DNA of 64,000 nt from Thermoproteota archaeon. GTDB taxonomy: Archaea; Asgardarchaeota; Njordarchaeia; Njordarchaeales; Panguiarchaeaceae. The notes beneath the pieces were generated by a model. That model did no database searches. It saw nothing but the letters and a program-made list of their open reading frames with translations, and was not told where the DNA came from. A program made the translations under genes and the position numbers. Where the stretch lies: positions 32,463-96,462 of the forward strand of contig JANJXX010000005.1 in the NCBI GenBank assembly GCA_024720975.1, written 5' to 3'. This document shows positions 9,641-19,463 of the stretch, piece after piece; position 1 is the stretch's first letter; every line of letters starts with the position of its first letter.

Positions 9641-9900
9641 TTCTCCTTCCTCATTCTTATACATGCTTGCTAGGTAGTACACTATCATTTCAGGCTTTTT
9701 AAGGTAAGTCATTGCTTCACCTGGTTTGAATATGACCTATCAGCTATAGAGCTCAAGTAGATGGCTTAGTTTAAAGAACTTTAAAGTCGTGGTTACCTAA
9801 GATACCTTTCCTGCATTGAAGTAAGTCAGAAGAAGATACCCTACTCTAGCTCACTCAATAATCAAGTTTCTCGGCAACCGCTAAGTCTACAAGTCTAACT

Positions 9901-9960
9901 TAAAATTTCAAAATTCTTAGCAAAATTTCTTAAAAATTTCAAAAATTTCTTTTAAAAAAG
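9901..9960. promoter_or_regulatory. Phased AAAATTTC array upstream of the caspase-like gene
   Basis: AAAATT(T)C at 9902, 9910, 9922, 9933, 9942, roughly 10-bp period. Confidence 0.5.
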
Positions 9961-10018
9961 CTTTTTCAACTATACTGTATCAGAATATTATTCCTGATAA
10001 CTTCCCCAAGGCGATTCC

Positions 10019-11653
10019 ATGAAAGCGAAGGCAATAGCAATCCTAAGTTTCCTTCTAGTAGCCGCCCTTACTGCAATAAGTGTAAGCACAGTCTACGCAA
10101 AAAGCTATAATAAAACGCTTCCCGATTTCTCTGATTTCCTAGAGTCTAGAGACGTGGCTGCTATAATTTACGAATTTGTAGGATCCCTCAGTGCTGGCAA
10201 GGAAACTCCCCAATACAGCTTCTCCGTCGACTCTACAGTTACTAAAATAGAAGTAACCCTCAATATGCCAAGTGGTACTGACTTTGACTTGTCCGTCTGG
10301 GATCCCCAAGGCAGGCGTACTGGAGGCTGGACTTCGACGGATAAGTCTGTAAAAACTCAGATTCCAAATTCGAAATATTCAGGAGACTCAGCGAATCCTG
10401 AGTGGGTCACTGTAAGTCCTCCTGCAAGTACAGGTACTTGGAAGACTAGTTGTTATGCGTACTCAGGTTCTGGCAACTTCAAGATCACAGTAAAACTGTA
10501 CGTCACGTCAACAAGCCAGTATAAGTACATATTCTCGGGCTCAGTTAGCAGTGGCAAGGATAGCACGCAACACTCATTTAGTGTTCCATCTACAGCGACC
10601 AAAGTTGAAGTAACCCTTAATATGCCAAGTGGTACTGACTTTGACCTATCAGTTTGGGATGCTCAAAACAGGCGTACTGGAGGCTGGACTTCGACGGATA
10701 AGTCTGTGAAAAATCAAATTCCAAACGCGCAGTACTCAGGATACTCAGCGAATCCCGAGAAGATTACCGTAAGCCCTATAGACTCCACGTCAGTTGGTAC
10801 TTGGAAGACCAGTTGCTATGCATACTCAGGTTCTGGAACATACACAATAACAGCCGTGGTCACTCTGTCTACTAGCAACGGTGGTGGAAGTAGTGGAGGC
10901 AGTAATGGAGGTAGCAGTGGAAGTGGCGATGGTGTAGTTAGAAAGTGGGCTGTGATAGTTGGTATATCTGACTATAAGGCAATCTCAGACTTGTCATACT
11001 GTGATGAGGATGCAACGGATTGGTATAACTTCTTAACAGGAAAACTCGGCTGGCCCTCCTCGAACATCAAAGTTTATGGAGATGGCAGTAGTAGCAGTTA
11101 TTATCCAAAGTATGATGGTAAGGCGACGGAGTATAACGTCAAGCAGGCATTGAACTGGCTCGTAACAACGGCTGATGCCGATGATATAATCGCATTCATA
11201 TCATCCGGACACGGAAGTGGAGACGGTAAAGGAAACTCATACCTCTGCATGTGGGACAGTGGAGCTGGCGAGAACGGTCAAGATGGAAATCTCTGGGATT
11301 ACGAGCTAGCAGCAATACTCAAGAATGCAATTGCCGCTAAAATATTCGTATTCCTGGACCATTGCTACTCCGGTGGATTTGGAAACGACTTAATGAGCAT
11401 GCCCAATAGTGCTAGAGTATACCTGACGACAACATGTACTGAAAAAGGATATGGATATGATGATCCAAATCACAAAAACGGTGCATGGACATATTACTTC
11501 CTAGAGTACTCATGGATAGGAAAATATGGAGGATCCCCAGACGTAGCTCTAGAAGATGTATACGCATACGCTAAAAGTGCATACCCATACAGTGGAGGCG
11601 ACGCACCACAGCAATTCGATGGAAACCCCAACAGTCCATTCTACCTCAAATAG
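10019..11653 (+). CDS. Secreted caspase-family (C14-like) peptidase with two tandem PPC-like beta domains
   Basis: Signal peptide; two repeats containing GTDFDLSVWD; Gly/Ser linker; KWAVIVGISDY, SSGHG and DHCYSG (His/Cys dyad). Confidence 0.8.
   Translation: MKAKAIAILSFLLVAALTAISVSTVYAKSYNKTLPDFSDFLESRDVAAIIYEFVGSLSAGKETPQYSFSVDSTVTKIEVTLNMPSGTDFDLSVWDPQGRRTGGWTSTDKSVKTQIPNSKYSGDSANPEWVTVSPPASTGTWKTSCYAYSGSGNFKITVKLYVTSTSQYKYIFSGSVSSGKDSTQHSFSVPSTATKVEVTLNMPSGTDFDLSVWDAQNRRTGGWTSTDKSVKNQIPNAQYSGYSANPEKITVSPIDSTSVGTWKTSCYAYSGSGTYTITAVVTLSTSNGGGSSGGSNGGSSGSGDGVVRKWAVIVGISDYKAISDLSYCDEDATDWYNFLTGKLGWPSSNIKVYGDGSSSSYYPKYDGKATEYNVKQALNWLVTTADADDIIAFISSGHGSGDGKGNSYLCMWDSGAGENGQDGNLWDYELAAILKNAIAAKIFVFLDHCYSGGFGNDLMSMPNSARVYLTTTCTEKGYGYDDPNHKNGAWTYYFLEYSWIGKYGGSPDVALEDVYAYAKSAYPYSGGDAPQQFDGNPNSPFYLK
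10165..10862 (+). repeat. Intragenic tandem duplication (~355-bp unit)
   Basis: CAGGCGTACTGGAGGCTGGACTTCGACGGATAAGTCTGT and AATATGCCAAGTGGTACTGACTTTGAC each occur identically in both units. Confidence 0.85.
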
Positions 11654-11933
11654 TATTTGATCCTTTCCTACATTCCTTTTTCTAGTCCTTTCTCCCCTCT
11701 GATTAAGTTTGTATCAGGAGTGCACTTACAAGGCTGCCTTCTCGGGTTTAGAAGTTTCTCAATCACTCATTACTGTTAATTGACTTAGCGCAGACTTATA
11801 TCATGAGAATCGGAAGATTTGCAAAAATATTTCAAGACTTAATTGCATTTGGAGAAAGGCTATAATGAAGTACCTTGGGTCTTCAATATAAGTGGATCAG
11901 TCCTTTACAAGAGACTTGTCGTCCGGGTTTAAT

Positions 11934-12335
11934 TTATCGCCTATGCTGTGTGGAGAATTTGTATGGTAGTAATCTAGAGAGTTCTAGTATTACAGGTTCT
12001 CCTTCCTCTGAGCAAATAATCACCTCAAAATTGTCGTCAACGAACTCACTCATGACCTGTCTACAGGCACCGCATGGGGATGGGTTGATGTCAGGTGAAT
12101 ATATGAGAATTCGGTAGAATTTCTTTGCCCCCTCTGAGATGGCTTTAAAAAATGCTACCCTTTCAGCACATACGGTCAGTCCATATGATGCATTTTCTAT
12201 ATTGACTCCAACAAAGTAGCCTTTGTCTGTTTCAAGCACAGCGGAAACTCTTATTCTAGAGTAGGGGGCGTATGAGTTCTGAATGTATTGTTTTGCAATT
12301 TCTAAAAATCTCTCAATAAAGAGTTCTCTAGCCAT
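11934..12335 (-). CDS. cdd: Cytidine deaminase
   Basis: YAPYS, GVNIENASYGLTVCAER, PCGACRQ. Confidence 0.93.
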   Translation of the reverse strand: MARELFIERFLEIAKQYIQNSYAPYSRIRVSAVLETDKGYFVGVNIENASYGLTVCAERVAFFKAISEGAKKFYRILIYSPDINPSPCGACRQVMSEFVDDNFEVIICSEEGEPVILELSRLLPYKFSTQHRR

Positions 12336-12685
12336 CGGATAACACCTTAGGTCTACTTTGATCATGAGAATGAATTTTTGTAAGGTCCTAGGAGGCGTAT
12401 AAATCACTATTTTTGATTATTAGTCGTCACTTAATTTGAAATTGCGGGTAGCTTAACTTAGCTTCTCTCTAAAAGGTAAACGACTTTAAGCTAGGGCAAG
12501 CGAATGAGTATTAAAAACGTACTAATAATGACTAGCCGTTAAGTAAGTCAGATATCGTTAGAAGTCTTTAAAAAGTGAGAATGAGTAAATCTACTATATC
12601 GTGCTAATTGAATATGATATCCGATTATCTTCCTCAACTCTAGCTTATAGGTATAGTCTACTTAATCTTCCACAGGAGGAGAGCT

Positions 12686-13081
12686 TTGAGTAGTGATATT
12701 CACGATAAGCTGCACGAAATTGCCAACTCATACGATATAATATCACTCTACAGAATGGAAAAAGACGGGGAAGTCTTGCTCTATGTATTGACTTACGATG
12801 AGCTAAACTATGAGAAAAAGAAAGAGATCGAAAAAAGTTTAATCAGCTTATTTGAACCTACTAAATGCACTGTACTTTTTGTCTCAGATCTTCCTCCTCA
12901 GCATCTTAAACAAATGGTCGAGGGGTCAGAAATAATTTTCGTTCGTGACAAAAACTTGAGTGACTCAATACTAGCTGGAATACTTACTCTGAGTCTCGAC
13001 TTTCAATACCTTGCAAACGAGGGAATGAGCCTAATACTGAGGAGAAAAATAGCTGAAGCTCTAACCTCACGCGGTGAATAG
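12686..13081 (+). CDS. Degenerate minimal nucleotidyltransferase (MNT antitoxin-like)
   Basis: C-terminal half matches the MNT pattern (VLFVSDLPP..L...EG..IFVRD...LDF) but GS and DxD motifs are absent; directly upstream of a HEPN-like gene. Confidence 0.6.
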   Translation: MSSDIHDKLHEIANSYDIISLYRMEKDGEVLLYVLTYDELNYEKKKEIEKSLISLFEPTKCTVLFVSDLPPQHLKQMVEGSEIIFVRDKNLSDSILAGILTLSLDFQYLANEGMSLILRRKIAEALTSRGE

Positions 13082-13508
13082 GATGTTAGAGAGTTTATCG
13101 AGCGACCCGCTAAAGAGAGCATGCAAGATCATTGATTGTGCTCTTGAAACTCTTAAAAAAGTTCTAGGAAAGAGTGATAGCGAGGTGCTTTCATCAGAGC
13201 TTGAAACTTATGCGCTTAAGGGCTCGGCATTGTCTCTTGTTCAAGGTTTTTTAGATCTTGCGAACTATCTATCCGCGATTAAAGAGTATCATCCACTGAA
13301 CTACAGTGATATGATCTTGTACCTGATTCAGAATGATATTGTTGATAAGGAATACGAGAAGCTTGCAATAAAATTGGTAGATTTAAGGAATAAGCTCTTA
13401 TTTGTGAATAGTGGCGAATCCGTAGGGGATCTTCTCAATTTCCTCCGCGAAAATCTTAAGCGAATAGAAGAATTGTGCAACTCCCTGATTAGAGCATGTC
13501 TCTCGTGA
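13074..13508 (+). CDS. HEPN (DUF86)-like protein with degenerate RNase motif
   Basis: Q..LDLANY, P.NYSD, LRNKLLF in place of RNxLVH. Confidence 0.7.
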   Translation: MNRMLESLSSDPLKRACKIIDCALETLKKVLGKSDSEVLSSELETYALKGSALSLVQGFLDLANYLSAIKEYHPLNYSDMILYLIQNDIVDKEYEKLAIKLVDLRNKLLFVNSGESVGDLLNFLRENLKRIEELCNSLIRACLS

Positions 13509-13514
13509 AAGCGG

Positions 13515-13799
13515 TTGACTACTATGTCAAGAGGTAAAAAGGCAAGAATATGGGAGCGCCCACTTAGAATTGCTATTTTGGAAATTCTGGAGAGAAAGGG
13601 GGGTAGAATAACGGAGAAGGAACTCACGGATAAACTTAAGGAAATGTATACATCCATCTCAGAACATGAGATAAATGCTGAGTTAATGCATTTAGAATTA
13701 AACAGGCTAATCTATGTTGACTCATCTACGCCAACGAATAAAGTAATAGAGCTTCTCACAGAAAAGAAATGGTTCAAAGCTATAGGGGGAACGGAGTGA
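13515..13799 (+). CDS. Small winged-helix protein
   Basis: AILEILERKGGRITEKEL...EINAELMHLELNRLIYV wHTH pattern. Confidence 0.65.
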   Translation: MTTMSRGKKARIWERPLRIAILEILERKGGRITEKELTDKLKEMYTSISEHEINAELMHLELNRLIYVDSSTPTNKVIELLTEKKWFKAIGGTE

Positions 13800-14806
13800 T
13801 TCCACGCAAATTACCTCTAGGGAAAGTGCCTATAGATGTTCTTAAAAGGCTACTAGAACTAGCGCCACTAAGCGAAGATGTGATCGTAGGACCAGGTATT
13901 GGAATAGATGCGGCGATCATGAGATCAGAAGACGATTATATTATAGCTGCCTGTGATCCAATAACAGGTGCATCAAAAGAAATTGGCTGGCTATCGGTCC
14001 ATGTAAACGCAAACGACATATACGCGAGTGCCGGAAAACCTAGGTGGTACGTAGCAACTCTCCTTTTTCCCAAAGACTCAACAGAGGAGCAAATAGTAGC
14101 AATCATGCGGGGCATAAGAGAAGGTTTAGAAGAAACAGGCGCATCGCTTGTCGCTGGGCATACAGAGCTTACTAACAGAGTTACCGAAGCCATTGTTGTA
14201 GGAACAATGATAGGAAGTCCATTTATTCCGGGCAAGTATATTTCAAATAGGAGTGCGAAAGTGGGGGATGCGATAATAATGACCAAAGGTGCTGGAATAG
14301 AGGGTACATGGATTCTACTGGAAGAAAGGGGTAGCGAACTAGAACTACCCGCAAGAATCCTGAGTAAAATACCAGAACTTAAGAAAATGGTAAGTATCAG
14401 AAAGGACGTTCAAGCTCTCCTTAGAATAGGTATAAATAATATTCATGCGATGCACGACGCCACTGAGGGAGGGGTCCTAGGAGCCATATATGAAGTATCG
14501 GAGGCGTCCAGGGTAGGCTTCGAAATTTATGAGGAGAGCATTATTGTTAGAGAAGAGACTCAAATACTGTCTGAGATTCTGGGCATAGACCCCCTTAAGT
14601 TGATATCATCTGGCACGCTTCTAGCTACCGTCGATAAGGACTATGCAGAGGATGCCATAAAAGTGCTTAAAAAGGAAGGCATAGATTCATCAGTAATAGG
14701 GTATATAAGGGAGAGCGACAGGATATTAGTTAAGAAGGCTGGTGAAAGACTGCGCATTTCATCGCCACCCACAGATGAACTTTGGAGAATAATTGGAAGC
14801 TGTTAA
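13796..14806 (+). CDS. AIR synthase-related protein (PurM/HypE/ThiL superfamily)
   Basis: GPGIGIDAA, DPITGA, NANDI, GHTE, MHDATEGG, DPLKLISSG; GTG overlaps the upstream stop. Confidence 0.88.
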   Translation: MIPRKLPLGKVPIDVLKRLLELAPLSEDVIVGPGIGIDAAIMRSEDDYIIAACDPITGASKEIGWLSVHVNANDIYASAGKPRWYVATLLFPKDSTEEQIVAIMRGIREGLEETGASLVAGHTELTNRVTEAIVVGTMIGSPFIPGKYISNRSAKVGDAIIMTKGAGIEGTWILLEERGSELELPARILSKIPELKKMVSIRKDVQALLRIGINNIHAMHDATEGGVLGAIYEVSEASRVGFEIYEESIIVREETQILSEILGIDPLKLISSGTLLATVDKDYAEDAIKVLKKEGIDSSVIGYIRESDRILVKKAGERLRISSPPTDELWRIIGSC

Positions 14807-16050
14807 AATTGGTTGCGATAATCGGCTTAGCAACACGTCTTCAGATAGATTCTGTTGAGAACCAATACGAATACATCAAGCAGAACTTAGCAGACTCATA
14901 TGATGAAGACTTTGGTATTTTAACGAATGAAGCTTCACTACGAAAACTCATCACGAGACTAAAGAATCACAACATTATAATATCAGTTGTGCTCACTGGT
15001 GGAACTAAAAAGCTGATAGTCAACCTGGGAAAGCTAAGGAAGCCTATGATTCTAGTATCAAATGACAAACAAAATGCACTTTCATCATCTTTGCATGCAC
15101 TCTATATCCTTAGAGATCACAACAAAAAAATTCTACACATACAAGGCGACCTGAAGACGGTACCGTGGAATTCGGTAAGAAAAGTTATCTCAGGAATAAA
15201 TGGACTATTATCAAACCCGGCAAGAAATATAGTACTTATCGGCGTTTCTAGCAACTTTCTAGAGGAGGAAAAATATAACCTACATTCATTAAAAGATAAA
15301 TTTGGCTTGTCCGTAAAAACGGTGTCTCTTAGGAAGTTTCTTAAGCAGTTAACGAAAGCTGAACCCGATGAAGGCGCTATATCAAAGATGTTAAAAATTC
15401 TAGAAAAAACGAAGACGGATGATATCTGCGAGAAGATAGCTAAAATTCACGCCGTTAGCAAACTGTTAATGAAGGGATCCATTGCTGGGGGAATCAGATG
15501 TTTTCCAATAATTTCAAAAGTTGGAGTAACTCCCTGCTTTGTTGTCTCTGATTTTCTTGATGAAGGAAAAATTTTCGGATGTGAAGCAGATTTAGCGGCT
15601 ATAATATCAATGCTTCTAGCTAAGTACATAACCGGGGAGATACCATTTGTAGCAAATCCGATAACTCTAGAAAAAACTGGTAGACTAACTTTGGCTCATT
15701 GTACGGCCGCAACAAAGCTTTTTTCATCGGATGCGAAGTTATCCGAACATTTCGAATCAAAGAAAGGATATGCTGTGGAGGGAAGTTTTAGAGAGAACTC
15801 AACAATAACGCTTTTGAAAGTAGATCCCGGGTTTTCAAAACTCCTTTTGATCAGAGGACAAATTCTCGTCGGAAAGCGATTTTCCAACGAATTTTGTAGG
15901 AATCAAGTTGTAGTAGGCTTCGAGAAAGAGCCACTAAGAATACTTTCCGGAGAGTTTGCGCACCATTTGATAATGATATATGGGGATCATACAACCGAAC
16001 TTAAATACGCGGCAGAACTATTAGGACTTGAACTCGTGAATTATTACTAA
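14782..16050 (+). CDS. L-fucose/L-arabinose isomerase-like protein
   Basis: TGGT, IRCF, PC, GCEADL, LAHCT, HFES, CRNQ, HH..IYG. Confidence 0.7.
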   Translation: MENNWKLLKLVAIIGLATRLQIDSVENQYEYIKQNLADSYDEDFGILTNEASLRKLITRLKNHNIIISVVLTGGTKKLIVNLGKLRKPMILVSNDKQNALSSSLHALYILRDHNKKILHIQGDLKTVPWNSVRKVISGINGLLSNPARNIVLIGVSSNFLEEEKYNLHSLKDKFGLSVKTVSLRKFLKQLTKAEPDEGAISKMLKILEKTKTDDICEKIAKIHAVSKLLMKGSIAGGIRCFPIISKVGVTPCFVVSDFLDEGKIFGCEADLAAIISMLLAKYITGEIPFVANPITLEKTGRLTLAHCTAATKLFSSDAKLSEHFESKKGYAVEGSFRENSTITLLKVDPGFSKLLLIRGQILVGKRFSNEFCRNQVVVGFEKEPLRILSGEFAHHLIMIYGDHTTELKYAAELLGLELVNYY

Positions 16051-16156
16051 CCACCTTCTTAGTTACTTAGAATAATTCTCGTCATGATTAAGAAATCAGT
16101 GGTAAGAGTTCCAAAAAAGTGGGAGAGTATTATTTTAGATGCCAAGTGGTGTGGCT

Positions 16157-16202
16157 TCAATGACCCCGAGGAGGATTGTAGTTGCCTCCTCGGGGCCATC
16201 AA
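16157..16202 (-). terminator. Strong hairpin immediately after the speH stop codon
   Basis: Perfect 11-bp inverted repeat CCCCGAGGAGG/CCTCCTCGGGG (16164-16195), extendable with G-U pairs on the minus strand; lies between convergent genes. Confidence 0.5.
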
Positions 16203-16558
16203 GCACGTTGCTTTTCTGTGTGGGGCTCCCCCCGCATAAGAGTAATACTGAAATATTTTTCAGGCTTTAGCGATTCGATGATTAGCTGAGAGGCTTTGTG
16301 CGGGTCTATACCCCGACAAGTAAAGACGTCAACTGCAGCATAACAGAATTCAGGCCATGTATGTATTGAGAGATGCGACTCAGCTATAGCCACTATGCCC
16401 GTTACGCCTTGCGGATTAAACTTGTGAAAGTGATATGCAAGCACAGTACCGCCAGCCTCTTTACTGGCCCTTAAAAATAACTCTTCCAGAAACTCTTTGT
16501 CATTTAATAACTTCGGATCTACCCCATGTAGTTCTATAATTATGTGTTTTCCCAGCAT
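16199..16558 (-). CDS. speH: Pyruvoyl-dependent S-adenosylmethionine decarboxylase proenzyme (arginine decarboxylase paralog not excluded)
   Basis: GKH, HKF.PQGVTG, AESHLSIHTWPE, DVFTC. Confidence 0.88.
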   Translation of the reverse strand: MLGKHIIIELHGVDPKLLNDKEFLEELFLRASKEAGGTVLAYHFHKFNPQGVTGIVAIAESHLSIHTWPEFCYAAVDVFTCRGIDPHKASQLIIESLKPEKYFSITLMRGEPHTEKQRA

Positions 16559-16731
16559 CTTCCACCGCCGGTGGATATATGCTTAGAGTTATTAGAGATA
16601 TATTTAACTTAAAAAAGTGTAATTGCGTTACTCGTCTCGAAATTCATGCAACACAATAATTGTTTCTATATTGCTTAAAGAATCTTCTGTTGTTTAACCT
16701 AGGAAAAAAAGAATTACTGAGGTAATGCACA

Positions 16732-17820
16732 ATGACTAGGGAAAAAGCCTATGATTTGTTGCTTGAGATCGCTAAAAATGCAGAGAAAAAAACAGGTATT
16801 CCCGCATATCCTCGCTCAGTTTTAAATGTTATGTCAGCAGCAGCACTTTCTAACAATGTCTTTTGGGTGGCTAGATACTCTCGGGAAGCCTTCAATCTTC
16901 TTATCGAAATTCTCAAGGAATTAGAAAAAAGAAACCTGGTAAATCTGCAGGCTGGTGTTGAACTTACAGAAGAGGGGAAGAAGCTTCTACAAGATGTTGG
17001 GTACGAGATCAAGTTTAGAATCTGTGACCATTGCAAAGGACGAACTATACTGTTTGACGAGATCTTGGATAAAGACGTTGTGAGAGAATTTATTAAGATA
17101 CAAGAAAATAGACCCCCAGCAATCCAGGAATTTGATCAGGGTTTTGTTACTTCAGAGACAACCCTTGCAAGAGTAGCGTACATGTACTACAGAGGGGACT
17201 TAAGAAATAGAGACATAATAATACTAGGAGATGATGACTTACTTTCGATAGCTGTGGGGCTCACAAATTTAGCGAATAGGATCGTTGTAATAGACATAGA
17301 TAAAAGGTTAACTGAATTCATACAAAGAGTGTCTAACGAATATGGACTTCGCATAGAGGTTTATACAGAGGATTTGAGACGCCCGCTACCCGAGGATCTC
17401 TGCCGAAAGTTTGATGTATTTCAGACAGATCCGCTAGAAAGCTTGAATGGATTTAAAGTTTTTGTAGGCCGTGGAATCGCTGCACTTAGAGGGGAAAGAT
17501 GCGCTGGCTACTTTTATCTCACATTAGTTGATGCTTCGATAGACAAATGGAGAGAAATTCAAAGGCTTTTGTTGACAGAGTTCAATGTAGTCATCACTGA
17601 TATAATACCTGACTTCTCAGAATACGTGAACTGGAATTTGTATTTCGAGGAAATGCAAGCATGGAAAATCCTTCCAGAATCCCTAAGGCAAATACCAAGA
17701 GATGGCTGGTATGTTTCAACGCTCTTCAGAATCGAGACTCTTCGAGGCTCGCGGGGATTATTCGAGACCATATCTTCGGAGGAAAACATATATTATGATA
17801 AAGAGTTAGCATCAGCATGA
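16732..17820 (+). CDS. bpsA: N4-bis(aminopropyl)spermidine synthase (branched-chain polyamine synthase)
   Basis: CDHCKGR, RP....FDQG, GDL, LGDDDL, DIDKRL, FDVFQTDP. Confidence 0.88.
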   Translation: MTREKAYDLLLEIAKNAEKKTGIPAYPRSVLNVMSAAALSNNVFWVARYSREAFNLLIEILKELEKRNLVNLQAGVELTEEGKKLLQDVGYEIKFRICDHCKGRTILFDEILDKDVVREFIKIQENRPPAIQEFDQGFVTSETTLARVAYMYYRGDLRNRDIIILGDDDLLSIAVGLTNLANRIVVIDIDKRLTEFIQRVSNEYGLRIEVYTEDLRRPLPEDLCRKFDVFQTDPLESLNGFKVFVGRGIAALRGERCAGYFYLTLVDASIDKWREIQRLLLTEFNVVITDIIPDFSEYVNWNLYFEEMQAWKILPESLRQIPRDGWYVSTLFRIETLRGSRGLFETISSEENIYYDKELASA

Positions 17821-19283
17821 CAAAACAATTTCTCCCAGCTAGATCTTGCATAAATACATCCAGGATCCGGTGCCAAGAAATCTCCAAAATAGTTGTAAGC
17901 TCTAGCACGGCATCCTCCACACACGTATTTATATTGGCATTGTCCGCATTCACCCTTAAGTAAATCTCGATTGCGAAGCGACTCCAGAACCTTATTTTCT
18001 CTCCAGAGCTTTTCGAAATCATCCTCGAGGATATTGCCGATTTTCTTTCTAAGGAAAACGCAGGGATAGATATCACCATTGGGTTCTAGTGCCAAATAGA
18101 CACGCCCCGCACCGCAACCTCCTATTAATTCTAGCATGCTACCAAAACGCTTAGATTGTTCCCTAATTGTGTAGAAGTGGCCGGCTATAAACGGTTTTTC
18201 TGAGAATTCCAATCCTATCTCATAGGCGACCGCGGCATATTGTGGGGCTGTTGAAGCGGCAGAGAAACCATTATAAAGAGCGTTAGCTAGTATTTTCAAG
18301 ACCTCCCAGCGTTCCTCGGGACTCAGATCCCATTCTACAATATCTCGCCCCCTACCGACTGGGACGTAGTTGTATGCCATGAACATGTCAACTTTGAGCT
18401 CATTCTTGGCAAATTCAAGCATACGCTGGATTTCTTTGTGGTTCCTCTTTGTAATCGTCATGGAGACTTCGACAATAATGTTATGCTTCTTGAGGTTTTT
18501 TATGCCCCTAACAGCTTTTTCCCAGGCTCCAGGTACGCCTCTAAATTCATCATGGAATTGACTACTAGGCGAATCTAGACTAACTTGAGCAAAGATTAAA
18601 CCACTTTTAGCGAGCTTCTCAGCGATTTCATCTGTTATTAAAGTAGCATTCGTAGCCATGGCCAGATACATGTCATAATCATGGGCTCTTTTTAGAACTT
18701 CCCAGAAACCTGAGCCAAGTATAGGTTCGCCACCTGAAAGAGCAAGCATAGCTACGCCAGAATCTGCAAGCGTGTCAAGAGCTCTCAATTTTTCCTCGAC
18801 GCTCATTTCTGGTAATTCTATGCCTGCTGATGCATAACAATGCTTGCATTTTAAGTTACATCGGAAAGTGAAATCCCAGACTATCAGTAATGGAGCACCA
18901 GAGGAAAAAGGAACGCGCACGCCAAATATTTTGAAACCCTTAAGTAGGCTAGCTATGATTTTTCTTGCATAAGGCAACTTGAGCATGTTGAGAAATTCAT
19001 TCTTATCGACATCAAATTCTTTAATCAACCTGTCCATGTAGTACCTGAAAAATGGGTAAACAACATAAGCCACTAAAGATTCTCTAACATCCTCACCACA
19101 ATACATAGCGAGAAGGTATTCAATATAAGTTCTCTTTTTACCGCTCTTTCGGAGTAAGAATGACAGCGCTAGCTCTGAAAGCCGCGACTCGGCTAGTCGC
19201 TTTAAATTCATAATAACTTTTTTTGCATCCGTAGTAGTACTCATTTGAGATTCAGTACACGAAAATGCATTCAAAATAGTCAC
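17793..19283 (-). CDS. Radical SAM protein with SPASM domain
   Basis: CNLKCKHC, SGGEP, GCGAGR...G...PC, CGQC..VCGGCRARA...DPGC. Confidence 0.9.
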   Translation of the reverse strand: MTILNAFSCTESQMSTTTDAKKVIMNLKRLAESRLSELALSFLLRKSGKKRTYIEYLLAMYCGEDVRESLVAYVVYPFFRYYMDRLIKEFDVDKNEFLNMLKLPYARKIIASLLKGFKIFGVRVPFSSGAPLLIVWDFTFRCNLKCKHCYASAGIELPEMSVEEKLRALDTLADSGVAMLALSGGEPILGSGFWEVLKRAHDYDMYLAMATNATLITDEIAEKLAKSGLIFAQVSLDSPSSQFHDEFRGVPGAWEKAVRGIKNLKKHNIIVEVSMTITKRNHKEIQRMLEFAKNELKVDMFMAYNYVPVGRGRDIVEWDLSPEERWEVLKILANALYNGFSAASTAPQYAAVAYEIGLEFSEKPFIAGHFYTIREQSKRFGSMLELIGGCGAGRVYLALEPNGDIYPCVFLRKKIGNILEDDFEKLWRENKVLESLRNRDLLKGECGQCQYKYVCGGCRARAYNYFGDFLAPDPGCIYARSSWEKLFCHADANSLS

Positions 19284-19319
19284 CTTAAGTAATCATTAAG
19301 ATTTATTCATTACTATATA

Positions 19320-19339
19320 TCATTAACTAAAGTTAATGA
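19320..19339. promoter_or_regulatory. Palindromic operator-like site upstream of the radical SAM gene
   Basis: TCATTAACT-AA-AGTTAATGA beside a TATATA box; extra TCATTA half-sites near 19293 and 19307. Confidence 0.55.
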
Positions 19340-19463
19340 CATTATTGAAGAAACTAAGTGAGCATTATAGTAGTCCTGGTCCGAAGAAAATGACTGCTAT
19401 CTCTAATGGCATCGTAATTAGCGAGCAAGACGGGAGATTAATGCTTAGGGAAATAAAAACGAC

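Noticed and set aside
16157-16202. SECIS or read-through element after the speH UGA
   Set aside because: No SECIS core motif; read-through would add only 13 codons before another stop, and SpeH is already complete
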